A DNA stretch of 64,000 bases from Thalassophryne amazonica (GCF_902500255.1 NC_047118.1:75469565-75533564), one strand, 5' to 3'; shown: positions 12,606 to 25,926, numbered from the stretch's first letter. A program made the numbers and translations. Notes: a model not told the origin generated them from the sequence alone.

Positions 12606-14819
12606 TGTATATCACTTTTCTTTTGTTTCTCTTAAGTGAAACAATATGATTTTAAAATCTAAGCAGTCTAAAAAAAATGTAAAAAATTTAACCAAGATCA
12701 TTTTCAAACACCATTTCAAAATGTTGACTATATGAATTTATATGTTTAACAAATTGTGTGTAAATGCGTTGAGATGTTTCATCACAACTACCATGCCAAA
12801 AAATACATTTATTTATCTATATTATAATAGCGAAGTGGCTTCTGTGTGTGTGCATGGGTATGGCTTTGATCACAGCGAAGCCAGGGAGAGTTGACATTTG
12901 CTGTTTGGTATGCTTATGTATTTTGGGTCAAGGATGAACACTGCGAAAACGGAAAGCTGATAGGACAAATATTTTTTGAGAAGTTAGTGATTTTAGTTAA
13001 TCAGTAAACAGTGTATGTTGTGTTGCAGTGCACCATGGGAGTTCTGGGTTTTGAGGTTTTAAATGTTGTTATTGTGGTTCAAGTTAGTTTAACAGTGTTG
13101 TTAGAGTTATTGATTTATTGTGTTTTTGTAGTTCAGTTGGTTTAGTCAGTTTAGTTAAGTGTCATGTTGCTGTTACCATGAGTGAGTTGTCATATTGGTA
13201 ACATAAGTGAAATGTATATTGCTTTTAATGTCTTCCTCCACCGTCTCTGTTTGTGAAATTAAAAGCACTTGCTTACAGCAGACTGCAAAAAACAAAAAGC
13301 TGTGCATGTATGTGTGCAATTTTGATCATGCACAAACTGTGGAGAGCTGACATTTGCCGTTTGGTATGCTTATTTTGGGTCAAGGATGAATGGCGCCAAA
13401 ACAGACACAAAATACGACGGCGTTGGCCCCAGAGGGTTAAAAATAAGTCCTTCAGAGAGCAAAATTAAGAGTTACACAGGTTTTATACAGAACAAAGGAG
13501 GAGTAAATTACCTATATTTCTTTCAGCCTGAGTGTCGTCACATTATATCTCATGAATCAACAGCTCCTGCTTGTTTAAAAACATCACTGAAAAAAAGCGC
13601 ATAATAAGGCACCCAAATTAAGGGACAATGCCGCTTTTAACAGCCTGACCTCATTTCTGGCGTAAAATACGGTCATTTACTCACCAATGTAACTTTGGTG
13701 TCATCTGGTAGTCCTGTTCAAACATTTTTCTCTTCTACTCAGGTGGGTTAGAACATTGCGGGGTACACAGCACGAGCTACTGTACTGGAGGAACCTATCA
13801 GTCAATATTTGTCAGTGATTTCAAATGCAGCTCTTTCAACCAGACGTGCTGTGCTGTGACATATCAATCATCTGTGTCCCAATCAGATTTCAGTGGAGTC
13901 CCGTGCAACCCTGGCCTCCGCTCTAACTCGTCTGTCCAAATCAGGAAGTGTTGATCCAGGAAAGTGTTTGACATTTGACATTTCCTGTTTCACTGTGGAC
14001 TCATATTTGGCACTGTCCTGTTTGGGACTCCCTGTACCATGAGCTAGCTTCGCACTGCTTGCATGTCGCTTCGCTCGGATTAGCTCAACCAATAATTTGC
14101 ACACACATTTTAACAAAATTAGAGCAACTTTAACTTTCGACCCCTGTACAACTGAAATTGACCTTTGTCACCATTTTGCTGTTTTTACCCCATAACTATG
14201 TAACATTCAGTCACAGACAGTCCAAACTATACCTTTTTGGACTTTTTATGCTCAGACAAATAAGCAAATAAATGTGGTATAGTTTTCAATATGATTGGAG
14301 CATTTTTTAATTTGACCCCTGTGTAATTCTTCATTTGACCTCTACCTGGCTGCCTATTGAAAATTCAAATGGCCAATCTAAAGAGTATGCTATTTGTTGC
14401 TTCTGTCACTATTTGCAGGATTGTTTCAGTTATCTACTGCCACTATAAAACTGGTTTTAAAGCATTCAAATGTGGTTTTAACTCCTTCGAAGCCTGTATA
14501 TCCCATTGGATGGGAAATCTCACTTTTTATTATCAGATACTGACAAGCCAAAATGAGGCATGTGCTAAGGGGTTAACTAATTATTAAATGATTTTATTTT
14601 GTACTCTATTTCAAAAATTGCAGTTTTAACAGTGAAATATCTGCTTTTAATCCTACTAAATTAGAGATAATCTGGTTCATTTAATACTTTAAGCCTAATA
14701 CTGTTTTAAACTAGAGCTTGATCCTGGTTTGTTCTATATGACATCAACAGCAGGAAGCTAACTGTCACAAGCAAATAGAAATTATATCAAATAACATTAA
14801 ATTATTGTGTAATATAAAT

Positions 14820-16336
14820 AACTAAAGTGGATGATGACAGTGTATCATCATCCAGACAAGTCTATCTGCCAGACTGGTTCAGGTGTTCTGGTCATTATTA
14901 GGGCCTGTCTTGCTGATTATTATAAATTTATCACTCACCACTGGAAGTGTTCCATCCAGCTTTAAGTGCTGTAATAAACCTTCTGTTAAAGAATCTTACT
15001 TTGGATTGCTGGGTTATTGGAGAATTACAGACCTATTTCAAAATTTATAATTTTTCTCTGAAGTGCTGGGAAAAGGTGGTTGCAAGACAACTTATTGCCT
15101 GTCTGTCCTGAGGGATGATCTTTTTGAGACCTTATATTCAGCTTTTTGGGCTCATCATTCCACTGAGACTGCCCTCACAAAAGTGGTGAATGATCTCTGG
15201 TGGGTCATGGATACAGGTTTGATATGGTTGACCATGGGTATTTTGCTGAAGAGAATGGAAAATTATTTGGTATTTCTGGAAGGGTGCTTGCATGGCTGAG
15301 ATCTTATTTGTCAGCTAGAAAGCAATGTGTTCCTTATGATGCCACAACATTCTATTTCTCAGCTATGAAATATGGGGTACCTCAGGGTTCTGTTTTGGGT
15401 CCTCTGTTGTTCTCTTGTATGTTGCACCTATGGGCCATATTATTCAGAGTCATGAAATCCAATACCACTGTTATGCTGATGTCCTCCAGATGTGTATGCT
15501 GATCTCTGTAAGCAAAGTGTCTCAGACTGCAAAAACTGGAAGTTTGCATGGTTGTGGTAAAATCTGGATGTCTGCAAATTTCCTGCATTTGAATGCAGGG
15601 AAGACTGAGATGATCATAGCTGACCCTGTCAGACGGAGATATCTTTCTGACCAATTAACATTGTCACTTGGTGACTGGGTGAGTCATCAAAGTGAAAAAG
15701 TTAAAGTGTGACTTTTTGATCCATCGTCTTTTGATTTGCACATTAGGGACATCATTAAGACAGCTCATTTTCACTTGTGCAACACGGCAATTGGTCAGAC
15801 CTATCCTGTCTATGGCAGGTGAAGAAATTTTGATTCACACCTTTGTGTCTTCCAGAATTAAGCTAATGTAATGTTTTATTTTCTGGATTGTCATATAAGA
15901 GTATGAGATGTATACAGAGGATACAAAATACTGCTTGCCAGAGTTTTGATGAAAACCAGGATGTTTGATCGCATGACACCTATTCTGGCTTCCCTTGGTG
16001 GCTCCCTGTGCCTCTACAAGCAGGTTTCAAGGTTTTGTTGCTAACATGTAAGGGCCCTAATGGACATGCACCAACCATCTCACTGAACCTGTTAAGACTT
16101 TTGTGCCTCCTCATACACTGTGGTTGTTAGATGTGGACTTGCTCTGTGTCCCAAGGAATTAAAGAAAGTTTAGGCAGCCTTTTCCTGCTGTGCTCCTTCC
16201 TTGTGGAATAGCCTGCCTGTTGGGATTTGAAAAGCAACTTCGAGTGACTCTTTTAACAGAAGTCCGCGACCCGACTCCGGATAAAGCGGAAGAAGATGGA
16301 TGGATGGATGGATGGATGGATGGATGGATGGATGGT
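14820..16336 (+). mobile_element. L2-type LINE fragment (RT domain plus 3' UTR ending in a (GGAT)n tail)
   Basis: Frameshifted RT motifs ([32 protein letters not shown]) are homologous to the intact RT ORF at 32360-33799. The 3' end runs into (GGAT)n at 16296-16336. Confidence 0.6.
16296..16336. repeat. (GGAT)n microsatellite forming the LINE 3' tail
   Basis: Seen directly. Confidence 0.9.
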
Positions 16337-16340
16337 ATTC

Positions 16341-16535
16341 TGTAACATTCTGAAGACACAGCAGCCAATATAAGTGCCAATATAAAAGGTTGTGACTGCA
16401 GCACAGTCAGATGCAGAAGTAAGGTGAGATGAACAATGGAGACCTGTGCTGGTTAAGCTGTGTAATAAAGTTCACTGTGTTCCTGTGCTCACGTCGTCAG
16501 CTTCCTTGGCTCCATATTTGAACATCTGTGACACA
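16341..16535 (+). repeat. 5' LTR of the Gypsy-like element
   Basis: Starts tgtaacattctgaag and ends catctgtgacaca. Homologous to 22826-23038. Confidence 0.65.
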
Positions 16536-17377
16536 ACAGAAAATTGGCGATGAGGATTGGGATACTGCTTTGAAAGTGAGTTTGAGCGTCGAAGCTTGAA
16601 CTCCGTTGAGACGACAGAGCACATGTGAAATGGTGACTGCATTCAGGATCAGAAAGACCTTCGCTTGATGAAACAGAAGAAGAATTTGAAGCCTACCTGG
16701 AAAGGCTAGAATAATTCTTCGTGGCAAACGGACTGAAGTATGGTGATGAAAGTCGAGAGCTGTGTTTTGATGGTCATTAGAAAACGAAACCACACCCTCC
16801 TTATGGATTTCTGTTCACCATTGAAACCATCTGCATGTAAGTTGACTGACTTAATAAGTCTTCTGCGCACCCATTTTGTGCCAAAAAACGAACTTTATCA
16901 CTGAAAGATATAAGTTTAACACTCGACAGCAAAGATAAGATGAATCTATCAGTGAATTCATTGCGAGTCTCAGAAAACTGGCTTCATTGTGCAAATTTAA
17001 ATCATTTTTGGACGATGCTTAAGAAATAGATTAATTGTGTAGTGTTCACAGCCATGAGCTGCAGGACTGAATGTTTGAATGCCGCCCACACAAAAGACTT
17101 AGTGGTTAGCTCGCAGTTTGGTCAAATGCTGCAAACAGCGCGAAACAGTTTCGAATTAGTGCACCACGAAGCATCAGGCAGACGGGCAGGTGTGCACGAT
17201 CCCGGTGCAAGAGTTCATGCACGCGACGGTGTCTTTTGAGCAGAACAGTGCGAGTTGCATTACATCGCATCACTTATGTGGCATAAATAAAAAAAAATAA
17301 AAACCAGCTGGTACCTGTGGGACCACATTGCGCTGCTTATGTGGAATAACTAAAAAAAGAAAGAAAAAACATACCAA

Positions 17378-17462
17378 CCACGGGACTCGAACCCATGGCT
17401 TCCAAAAGCTCTGATTGCCAGTCAGAAACTTTACCACTGAACTACAGAGCTGTCCTTTCAAA
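17378..17462 (-). repeat. tRNA-like sequence (tRNA pseudogene or SINE head) inserted in the gag region
   Basis: Minus-strand sequence has a D-loop-like AGTTCAGTGGTA, an anticodon-arm-like TCTGACTGGCAATCAGA and a T-arm ATGGGTTCGAGTCCCGT, followed by a T-run. The acceptor stem does not pair, so it is probably non-functional. Confidence 0.35.
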
Positions 17463-18304
17463 GCTGCGGGAATCTGCCTCATATCAGGAAGGACATAGAA
17501 GTATTACAAAAAAATTAAAATCACATACCATATAAAAACACCGCATTTATCAAGCGAGGCAATATAATAGGATCCATCTGTTCCTCTGTAGATGACCCAT
17601 GGTCACTGGCATACAATCATGAAATGACATGAATGAGAAGCAGTGGGCTCTGATCGTGTCCACATCTACTGGTGCCAGTGCATCCAGTCGCCCAGTGTGC
17701 ATGTTCTCCCCAACGCACTGCAGTACAGACACCGCATCATGTGGAACAGAGCTCACGTGAGTGACGTGACTGTCAGATCGCCCGCTGTGTGTTCTGATCT
17801 GATGGTCTGTTTCAACCTGTCAGGCTGTCATGTCCGCGTCCATGCGAGCACTCGCTCGCTGCAGCTTGTCCGCCACGGCGTTATAGCGTTTTTATTTATG
17901 TCCACATAATTACAGCAATCAGACACTGTCAGACTTCTGTCGGAAGCCACACCTCCTATCAGTGGAGCGCACACACCTACGTGTCAGTGTGTGTGTTTGC
18001 AAAGTCACACTCATGGGGAACGTCAACAAATTTCACTGTGAGTATGACAGTGGTTGTCTGCAGTCTGTTGTTGTGCCAAGAGTGTGCCTGGCCACACATT
18101 TTCTAAGTGCCATGCGAGCGGTGTTAGCTGTTCATGCGTGTCACCTGGAATTTGGCTGACACCTGCCGTGAGAGGATGCGATGGGTTTGCACAGAGCACA
18201 TTCTGTCTTTCAGCCGCTGGTGTGCACAAATAGTTGCAGCAACAGGTGTATGATGCATTAGCCGCAAGTACGATTCTACAGGTTTTGCATACAATTCCTG
18301 CTTC

Positions 18305-20750
18305 GTGTGCACTTTGACCAAACTTTGCACTATTGTGAAGGGGCCCTTAACAGTGAGGGGAGCTTATGAAATGGGTCTGGCACACAAAGTCGTGAAGCAA
18401 AATGAAAAGCAGTGGTCACAAAAGTCCTTGAAAACCAATGGCATTTTCAAGAGAGCTGTACTCAAGAAAGAGGAAAGTGGAACACCGTGCTACAGGTGGA
18501 AAGGGAGAGGACACATGCCAGATGACTGCCATTTTAAAGAGGTGGCGTGCCATTCCTGCAACAAGAAAGGGCACATCAACAGGTCAAGCTGCTCACGACA
18601 AGAAGAGGTGTGCTGCACATGACCAGAAGAGGCAGATCATTCCCAACCAGAAAACAAAGGTGCCCAACAGCCCGCGTGGACAATCATCTGACAACAGCGA
18701 AACAGAATGGTGATCGCGATCGGGAGTAATCATGAGATTCCACATGCCGAAGTATGAAATACTTAAGGTCACATCCAAGCCAGACCCTGATGTGAAAAAT
18801 AGGGAAGGTAAAAACAAGGTTCTGGAACTGTTTGAAATAGAGACTAGTGGTAAAACCTTATTATTATTAAACCTTATTATGTTTATGTGCAGGTAAATGG
18901 TAAACAAATGAAAATGAAGGTTGATACAAGTGCAGTTGTATCTGTTATATCAGAAGCACTGTATAAACACAGGTTTAAAATGGTTCAATTTGTACAAACC
19001 AGCTGTGATCTGAAAACCTACAGCAGACAAGCACTGGCATAAACTAACCTCATTTGTGGTAAAAGGAGGTGGTCCAGCCTTAGTGGGAAGAGACTGGATT
19101 GAAAGATTAACACTGGATTGGTCTTTTGTAAACCAAGTGGCACCAGCGAGTGTAGAAGAGCTTTGTGGGAGATATCCAGAGGTGTTCCAACCTAACCTGG
19201 GAAAAGTAAAAGGCATCAAAGCTAAACTACATGTTGCACCAGGAGCCATTCCCAAATTCTGTGCCTTATGCACTTAAAGATGCAGTGGAAGCACAGTTAG
19301 CCAAAATAGAAGCAGAAGGTGTTACCACAGCTGTTAGTTATAGTAAGTGTGCTGTACCTACTGTAAACATACCAAAAGTGGATAACTCTGTCAGGATATG
19401 TGGTGACAACAAAGTGTCCATAAACCCTTAGTTGGAGGTAGATCAGTACCACATTCCAAAACCACAAGACTTGTTCACAAATTTGGCAGGAGGTGACAGA
19501 TTTATCAAATTCGATTTGTCACAAGCATGTCAACAAGTAGAACTGGATGAGGATTCAAAACAGTACTTAATCGATACTCACAAAGGTCTGTACAAAGTAA
19601 ACAGATTTCCTTATGCAGTGATCAGTGCACCTGCAACCTTCCAAAAATTGATGGATTAAGTTTTACAGGGTTTAGAGGGAGTAATATGTTATGTGGATGA
19701 CATATTGATCACTGGACAGGACAGAGAACAGCACATAAGAAACTGGGACGAAGTTCTGAAAAGGCTGCAAAACTATATTCTTCATGTAAAAAAAAAGATA
19801 AATGTGCCTTTTTCCGACACAGGATATCTTATTTAGGGCACATGATTGATGCAGAGAGAATCCAACCTATGCAGGAAAAATGTGAGGCTATTGCAAAGGC
19901 CACGATCCCAAGTAAATAACTGAATTAAGGTCTTTCCTCTCTCTTAATAGCACCAATGACTGGGTTGCTATGCAAATATGTGAAGTGGGAGTGGACAGAA
20001 TCATGTCAAAAGGGGAAAGGTAAGAAACAGGTGATTTCAAACAAAGTCTTAGTACATTTCGACCCAGATCTGCCACTCATATGGACCTGTGATGCTTCAC
20101 CAGTAGGTGTTGGTGCAGTGATATCTCATCAAATGCCAGATGGAAGTGAAAAACCAGTTGGTTTGCTTCTAGAATGCTACAAAAGCAGAGAAAAACTACT
20201 CGCAAATTGAAAAAGAAGCATTAGACATAGTTTTTTTTGGAGTAATGAAGTTTACTGAGAACTTGTTTGCACGTAAGTTCACTCTGATCACTGATCACAA
20301 CCATTACTAAAATCTTAGGTCCAAAAACAGGAGTACCACCATTAGCAACAGTTAGAAAGCAGAGATGGTCATTTATTTTAGCAGCATACTCCTACGAGAT
20401 CAGGTACAAACCGTCAGAACAACATGGGAATGAAGATGCATTATGCAGACTGCCAGTCACAAATGAAAATTTTACAAGGTCAAATCCAGTGTTTTGAGTT
20501 TCTTACCCAGACAGTCTGTCTATCACAGCTCAACAGACTGCACGTGAAACTGAGTGAGATCCCACACTGGCAAGAGTGAAACAATATGTTTTGTCAGGTT
20601 GGCCAAAACATGTGTCTGATGAGGCTTTTCAGCCGTATGTGAGACGAAAATTTGATCTGACTGTTGAGGATGATTGTTTACTTTGGGGATTCAGAGTAAT
20701 CTTTCCGGAGAATCTGAGGAACACGTTAATGTCAGAGCTACAGTAGTGTT
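18305..20750 (+). pseudogene. gag-pol of the Gypsy-like element (CCHC zinc knuckles, protease, RT, RNase H), frame-disrupted
   Basis: Zinc knuckles CYRWKGRGHMPDDCHF and CHSCNKKGHI. RT motif VICYVDDILITGQD. Multiple frameshifts across ORFs 18305-18622, 19056-19659 and 19956-20210. Confidence 0.6.
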
Positions 20751-22208
20751 CAGAATAATAATAGTGCTATGTCACTAAAAAGATTAATCCAGGTTTTGAG
20801 TATATTTCTTATTGTTACATGGGAAACAAGGTACCAGTAGATTCAGTAGATTCTCACAAATCCAACAAAACCAAGCATTCATGATATGTACACTCTTAAG
20901 GCTATGAAATTGGGCTATTAGTAAAAAAAAGTAGAAAAGGGGGTGTTCACAATAATAGTAGTGTGGCATTCAGTCAGTGAGTTCATCAATTTTGTGGAAC
21001 AAACAGGTGTGAATCAGGTGTCCCCTATTTAAGGATGAAGCCAGCACCTGTTGAACATGCTTTTCTCTTTGAAAGCCTGAGGAAAATGGGACATTCAAGA
21101 CATTGGTCAGAAGAACAGCGTAGTTTGATTAAACCGTTGATTGGAGAGGGGAAAACCTATACGCAGGTGCAAAAATTTATAGGCTGTTCATCTACAATGA
21201 TCTCCAATGCTGTAAAATGGACAAAAAAAAAGAGATGTGTGGAAGAAAACAGAAAACAACCATCAAAATGGATAGAAGAATAACCAGAATGGCAAAGGCT
21301 CACCCACTGATCAGCTCCAGGATGATCAAAGACAGTCTGGAGTTACCTGTACATGCTGTGACAGTTAGAAGACGCCTGTGTGAAGCTAATTTATTTGCAA
21401 GAATCCCCCGCAAAGTCCCTCTGTTAAATAAAAGACGTGCAGAAGAGGTTACAATTTGCCAAAGAACACATCAACTGGCCTAAAGAGAAATGGAGGAATA
21501 TTTTGTGGACTGATGAGAGTAAAATTGTTCTTTTTTTGGTCCAAGGGCCGCAGACAGTTTGTGAGATGACCCCCAAACCCTGAATTCAAGCCACAGTTCA
21601 CAGTGAAGACAGTGAAGCATGGTGGTGCAAGCATCATGATATGGGCATGTTTCTCCTACTATGGTGTTGAGCCTATATATCGCATACCAGGTATCATGAC
21701 TCAGTTTGGATATGTCAGAAATACTTGAAGAGGTCATGTTGCCTTATGCTGAAGAGGACATGCCCTTGAAATGGGTGTTTCAACAAGACAATGACCCCAA
21801 GCACACTAGTAAATGAGCAAAATCTTGGTTCCAAACCAACAAAATTAATGCCTCGCAGATGTGAAGACATCATGAAAAACTGTGGTTATACAACTAAATA
21901 CTAGTTTAGTGATTCACAGGATTGCTAAAAAAAAAAAGCAGTTTGAACATAATAGTTTTGAGTTTGTAGCATCAACAGCAGATGCTACTATTATTGTGAA
22001 CACCCCCTTTTCTACTTTTTTTTTTTTTACTAATAGCCCAATTTTATAGCCTTAAGAGTGTGCATATCATGAATGCTTGGTCTTGTTGGATTTGTGAGAA
22101 ATCTACTGAATCTACTGGACCAGTTGTTCCCCATGAACAATAAGAAAATATACTCAAAACCTGAATAATCTTTTAGTCACATCGGCACTATTATTCTGAA
22201 CACTACTG
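20751..22208 (+). mobile_element. Tc1-family DNA transposon (second family) inserted into the pol of the Gypsy-like element; TA target-site duplication
   Basis: Inverted termini cagtagtgttcagaataata..tattattctgaacactactg flanked by TA on both sides. Internal transposase pseudogene. Confidence 0.8.
21035..21903 (+). pseudogene. Tc1 transposase with stops, frameshifts and a C-terminal internal deletion
   Basis: MGHSRHWSEEQRSLIKPLIGEGKTYTQVQKFIGCSSTMISNAVKWTKK.. then [20 protein letters not shown].. then VFQQDNDPKHTS. Ends ..KNCGYTTKY-stop. Confidence 0.75.
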
Positions 22209-22600
22209 TATATACAGCCACTGGGGCATGATTAAAACAAAGTCCTTGGCTACGTAGGAGCTTGCTATGGCGGCCTTCATTGGATGAACACATTGGAAGA
22301 AAATCAATGTGAATCTGCAACCTCAGCGTAGGGTTCCGCTACAGCACCAGTACATACTTGGAAATGGCTTCAGGTCCATGGCAGAGAATCACCTTGATTT
22401 TGCAGAGTCTAAGAAGCAAATGTTCCTTGAAGGTGATGGACTCGTAATGCCAGATGGCCTGAAATTATCCACATGTAAAATACTACATGTGTAAAGCACA
22501 TCAAAGTCTTGAGAAACTTGTTTTCAGCTTATGCATTGCTTAAAGAGGTGGTAACTGATCACTGACCTCAGTTTATTGCAAGAAAATTAGGACATTTCTG
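22209..22600 (+). pseudogene. Integrase N-terminal (HHCC) and catalytic-core fragment of the Gypsy-like element
   Basis: HHCC-region residues LGHD.NKVLGYV followed by integrase-core-like residues VVTDH.PQFIARK; interrupted by stops and frameshifts. Confidence 0.45.
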
Positions 22601-22825
22601 AAATTGAATGCTGTTAAACTATCAAAACTCCGCCCTCCCACCCACATAAATCCTGGGGTACACAACATGTGGAGCATCCAAGGAGAAATGTGTATGTTCC
22701 ACAATGTCTGTACTTGTAACAGAGATGTAAATAATAATAATGTATGTTGAAAGAAACTGCACTGTAATTGAGTAAATAGAAAGAAACAGTGCAGTTAAAG
22801 TCCACAGGGGAGGACTGCGGCATTC

Positions 22826-23038
22826 TGCAACATTGTGAAGAGGCAGTAACCATGGTTACCTGCAAGGGCACCAATGTAAACGGTTGTGATGACTGCATTG
22901 CTGTGAAACGCAGAAGAAGGGTGAGTGAGCAGTGGAAACCTGTGCTGGTTAAAGCTATATGTATACTAAAGTTTGCTGTGTGTTCCTGTGCAAACTCGTC
23001 GGCTTCCTTGGAACTATTTCAACAACATCTGTGACACA
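22826..23038 (+). repeat. 3' LTR of the Gypsy-like element
   Basis: Homologous to 16341-16535. Preceded by a polypurine tract. Confidence 0.65.
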
Positions 23039-23257
23039 ATAAGCTTTTTGCTTGTACAAACTGTTTTTATGGTTTGAATTGCTTACTCTGTATGCTTCTA
23101 CCCTGTGTGCTGCTATACAATGCTGCTGGAACCTCAATTTCCCTGCGAGAGTCTTCCCAAGGGATCAATAAAATTCTATCTAATCTAATCTACTCTGGGA
23201 TTTTTAGTTAATGTTGTTCTGGAGTTTGTTCAGCATTTTGTAAATTGATTCATAAAT

Positions 23258-24082
23258 ACGAGGTCTGCGAGAAAAGAAACCGACAGTTTTATTTAAAAAA
23301 AAAAAATATGGATTTGAATCACGTGTGATTACATCAGCCAAGCTTGAACCCTCGTGCGCATGCGTGAGTTTTTTCACGCCTGTCGGTGACGTCATTCGCC
23401 TGTGAGCACGCCTTGTGAAGGAGTGGTCCAGCCCCCTCGTCGGAATTCCTTGTCTGAGAATTGCTGAGAGACTGGCGCTGTGCTTGATCCAAAATTTTTT
23501 CAAAACTGTGAGGCACATCCGAGTGGAGACCATTCGAGAAATTCAGCTGGTTTTCGGTGAAAATTTTAACAGTTGATGAGAGATTTTGGATTGTTTCTAT
23601 CGCTGTAAGGACTTCCCATGGAGCGGGACGTCGCGCAGCGCTCCGAGGCGACGTCGTCATCCTGTTTCAAGCTGAAAACCTCCAAATTTAAGTCTCTGTT
23701 GACCCAGGACGTTGTGAGAGAACAGAGAACTTTCAGAAGAGGTCGAATCAGCAGTTATATCCGGACATTCCACTGTTAAAGGAGATTTTTTTAATGAAAG
23801 ACGTGCGGACGGATTGGCGCGTCGGCTCGCAGCCGGCGCAGCGCGCCCGCCACTGGAAAAACACCTCCGTGTTGATAACCATTTGTAAAATCCAGGTGGC
23901 TTTTGGTGGCTTTCAGTTGAGTGAGTATCTGAGAAAGTGTTTACAGCAGGGCATGTTCCAACTTGTCCTTAAGGCTTCCAACAGAGGTGGTTCAAGCTTG
24001 GCTGATGTAATCACACGTGATTCAAATCCATATGGTTTTTTAAAAAAATAATAAGGTCGGATACTTTTCTCACAGACCTCGT
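23258..24082. mobile_element. Hairpin/foldback element, copy H1 (long terminal inverted repeats acgaggtctg..tatggatttgaatcacgtgtgattacatcag.. ; right arm partly deleted)
   Basis: The left ~530 bp and the right ~200 bp are reverse complements sharing ~90-bp outer terminal inverted repeats. Homologous to 34024-35347 and 50483-51643. Confidence 0.7.
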
Positions 24083-24493
24083 AAATGTATTGATTATTTA
24101 TTTATAATGTCACTCAGTGAAGCTCCGCAACATTAATCAAAAACACACTAACTAGCCAGGTTTGATGGCTTGACAACAAGATAGACTAGTTTGCTTGCTA
24201 AGTACCTTAGTTGATGCCCAAAAATTAAATTACAAATTATTTGAAGTTTGTATTAGTTTGTATTTGCCAGTACAATGTACGTTTGTTTCTGTGAACAGTT
24301 TAGAGTTTATATTGTCAGTCAAATATATATATATATTTGAACACCCTGTGGTTTTGCAAGTTCTCCCACTTAGAAATCATGGAGGAGTCTGAAATTTTCA
24401 TCTTAGGTGCATGTCCACTGTGAGAGACATAATCTAAAAAAAAAAAAAAAAATCCAGAAATCACAATGTATGATTTTATATATATATATATAT

Positions 24494-25626
24494 CAGAGGT
24501 GTCAAAAGTACACACATTTGTTACTTAAGTAGAAGTACAGATACTGCAGTTTAAAAACACTCTGGTAAAAGTTGAAGTATCAACTTGACCTCTTTACTCA
24601 AGTAAAAGTGAAAAAGTATGTGCTGCAAAACCTACTTAAAGTATAAAAGTATAAAGTAACCTTTAAAAAAAAAAAAAAAAAAAAAAAGTAGATGCCACTA
24701 TATGAATTGAAAGCTTAATTTAAAAACTGATTCGTTCTACATGTGGCCCAAGACCCAAAACCCAAAATTACCCCCCAACACCACCTGCATGAAATGTTTC
24801 AATTCTAGAAGCTCTGAAATGCAATCTGGGACTATTCCAGACAATAAACTGCAGTGAGTGCAGCATCCATTTAGTGAGGGAAAAAAAAAAACAACTTTCC
24901 TTATTCAAATTCATTCCAGTAGTATTCTGCTCTTACAAGGACGCAGCAGTTTTCTAGTTTGGCAGATAGTTCTGGAGGAAATAACTAAAGAAATGAACAC
25001 AATGAAAATATGGTTTGACCGAAACAAATTGTCATTAAATAAGACAGGGATGAAGTGGAGGTGTAAAAGTCACTAGGTGTTCACAAGAAACACTTATTTA
25101 TTTATGTATGTATGTATGTATGTATGTATGTATTTATGTATGATCATTAGTTGCTTTTATATTTCCTGTTGTGTTTCTATTCAGGTTCTTTTTGCCTCTT
25201 TCTCTAAAATTGTATATAATAATCATCAGATTATTAATATATAAACAAAAATAAATTTAAGAAATATTACAATTTGAAAACAAATGCACCCGAACGTTAT
25301 GAGAGCTGCAATTGCTTAATGCTAACTTTTAACATTGAAAATGCCATAGACATGCTATCGCGTTAGCGTCGCTCCCGTTTTGAAGTTATAAAATACATCT
25401 ATCAACTGTTTTCAGAAGACCATTTTTAACATAGAAAAGGTAAATAATACTCACAGACGTATGCTCTTTAGGGTTTTAGCGGGGGAAAATTAAGCGAAAG
25501 AAAGAAGGAATAAACGAAGCAATAGGTCGAAGCAGTGCTTCAATCTGCGAACCACTGCTTGGATTGGTTCAAGGTTCAAAGCAAAGCCGTGCTGCAGAAA
25601 AGTTGATTACAGGCGCACATGACGTG

Positions 25627-25670
<44 letters not shown>

Positions 25671-25865
25671 CTGAAGCCAAGAGTAACGAGGCTTTGTTTT
25701 AAAAAATGTAAGGAATAGAAAGTACAGATACTTGTGTGAAAATGTAATAAGTAGAAGTCAGAAGTAGGCAGAAAAATAAGTAAAGGAGTAAAGTATAGAT
25801 ACCTAAAAAGTGTACTTAAGTACAGTAACGAAGTATTTGTACTTCATGTGTTACTAATGTAATCT
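24494..25865 (+). mobile_element. Tol2-like non-autonomous hAT element (3' terminus missing or disrupted)
   Basis: Starts cagaggtgtcaaaagtac. Subterminal tacttaagta / tactcaagta repeats at both ends resemble the Tol2 subterminal repeats. Contains copy 2 of repeat R. Confidence 0.4.
25150..25615 (+). repeat. Unclassified interspersed repeat (family R), copy 2
   Basis: About 90% identical to 2906-3355. Confidence 0.5.
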
Positions 25866-25926
25866 TTGTGACTGTGGTCCCAGCTCTCTTCAGGTCATTG
25901 ACCAGGTCCTCCTGTGTAGTTCTGAG

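Larger units (their letters stand above)
16341..23038 (+). mobile_element. LTR retrotransposon (Ty3/Gypsy-like) with both LTRs and degenerate gag-pol, carrying nested Tc1 and tRNA-like/SINE insertions
   Basis: Matching ~200-bp LTRs at 16341-16535 and 22826-23038 (shared ..cctgtgctggttaa..gttcctgtgc..cttccttgg..catctgtgacaca). Gag with Retrotrans_gag-like region and CCHC knuckles, RT YVDDILI, RNase H, and an integrase HHCC plus core. Purine-rich tract aggggagga immediately 5' of the 3' LTR. Confidence 0.7.

Noticed and set aside
17378-17462. Possible functional tRNA gene on the minus strand
   Set aside because: It has a D-loop, anticodon arm, T-arm and a downstream T-run, but the 5' and 3' acceptor strands (GGACAGC versus GGTTGGT) cannot pair. 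The anticodon loop CTGGCAA is also non-canonical. I am keeping it only as a tRNA-like pseudogene or SINE head.
23334-23660. 108-aa and similar ORFs inside the hairpin elements (also 34558-35305 and 50993-51664)
   Set aside because: The ORFs occur in mirrored positions on both arms of a palindrome and differ between copies by frameshifts, so the open frames follow from the inverted duplication.
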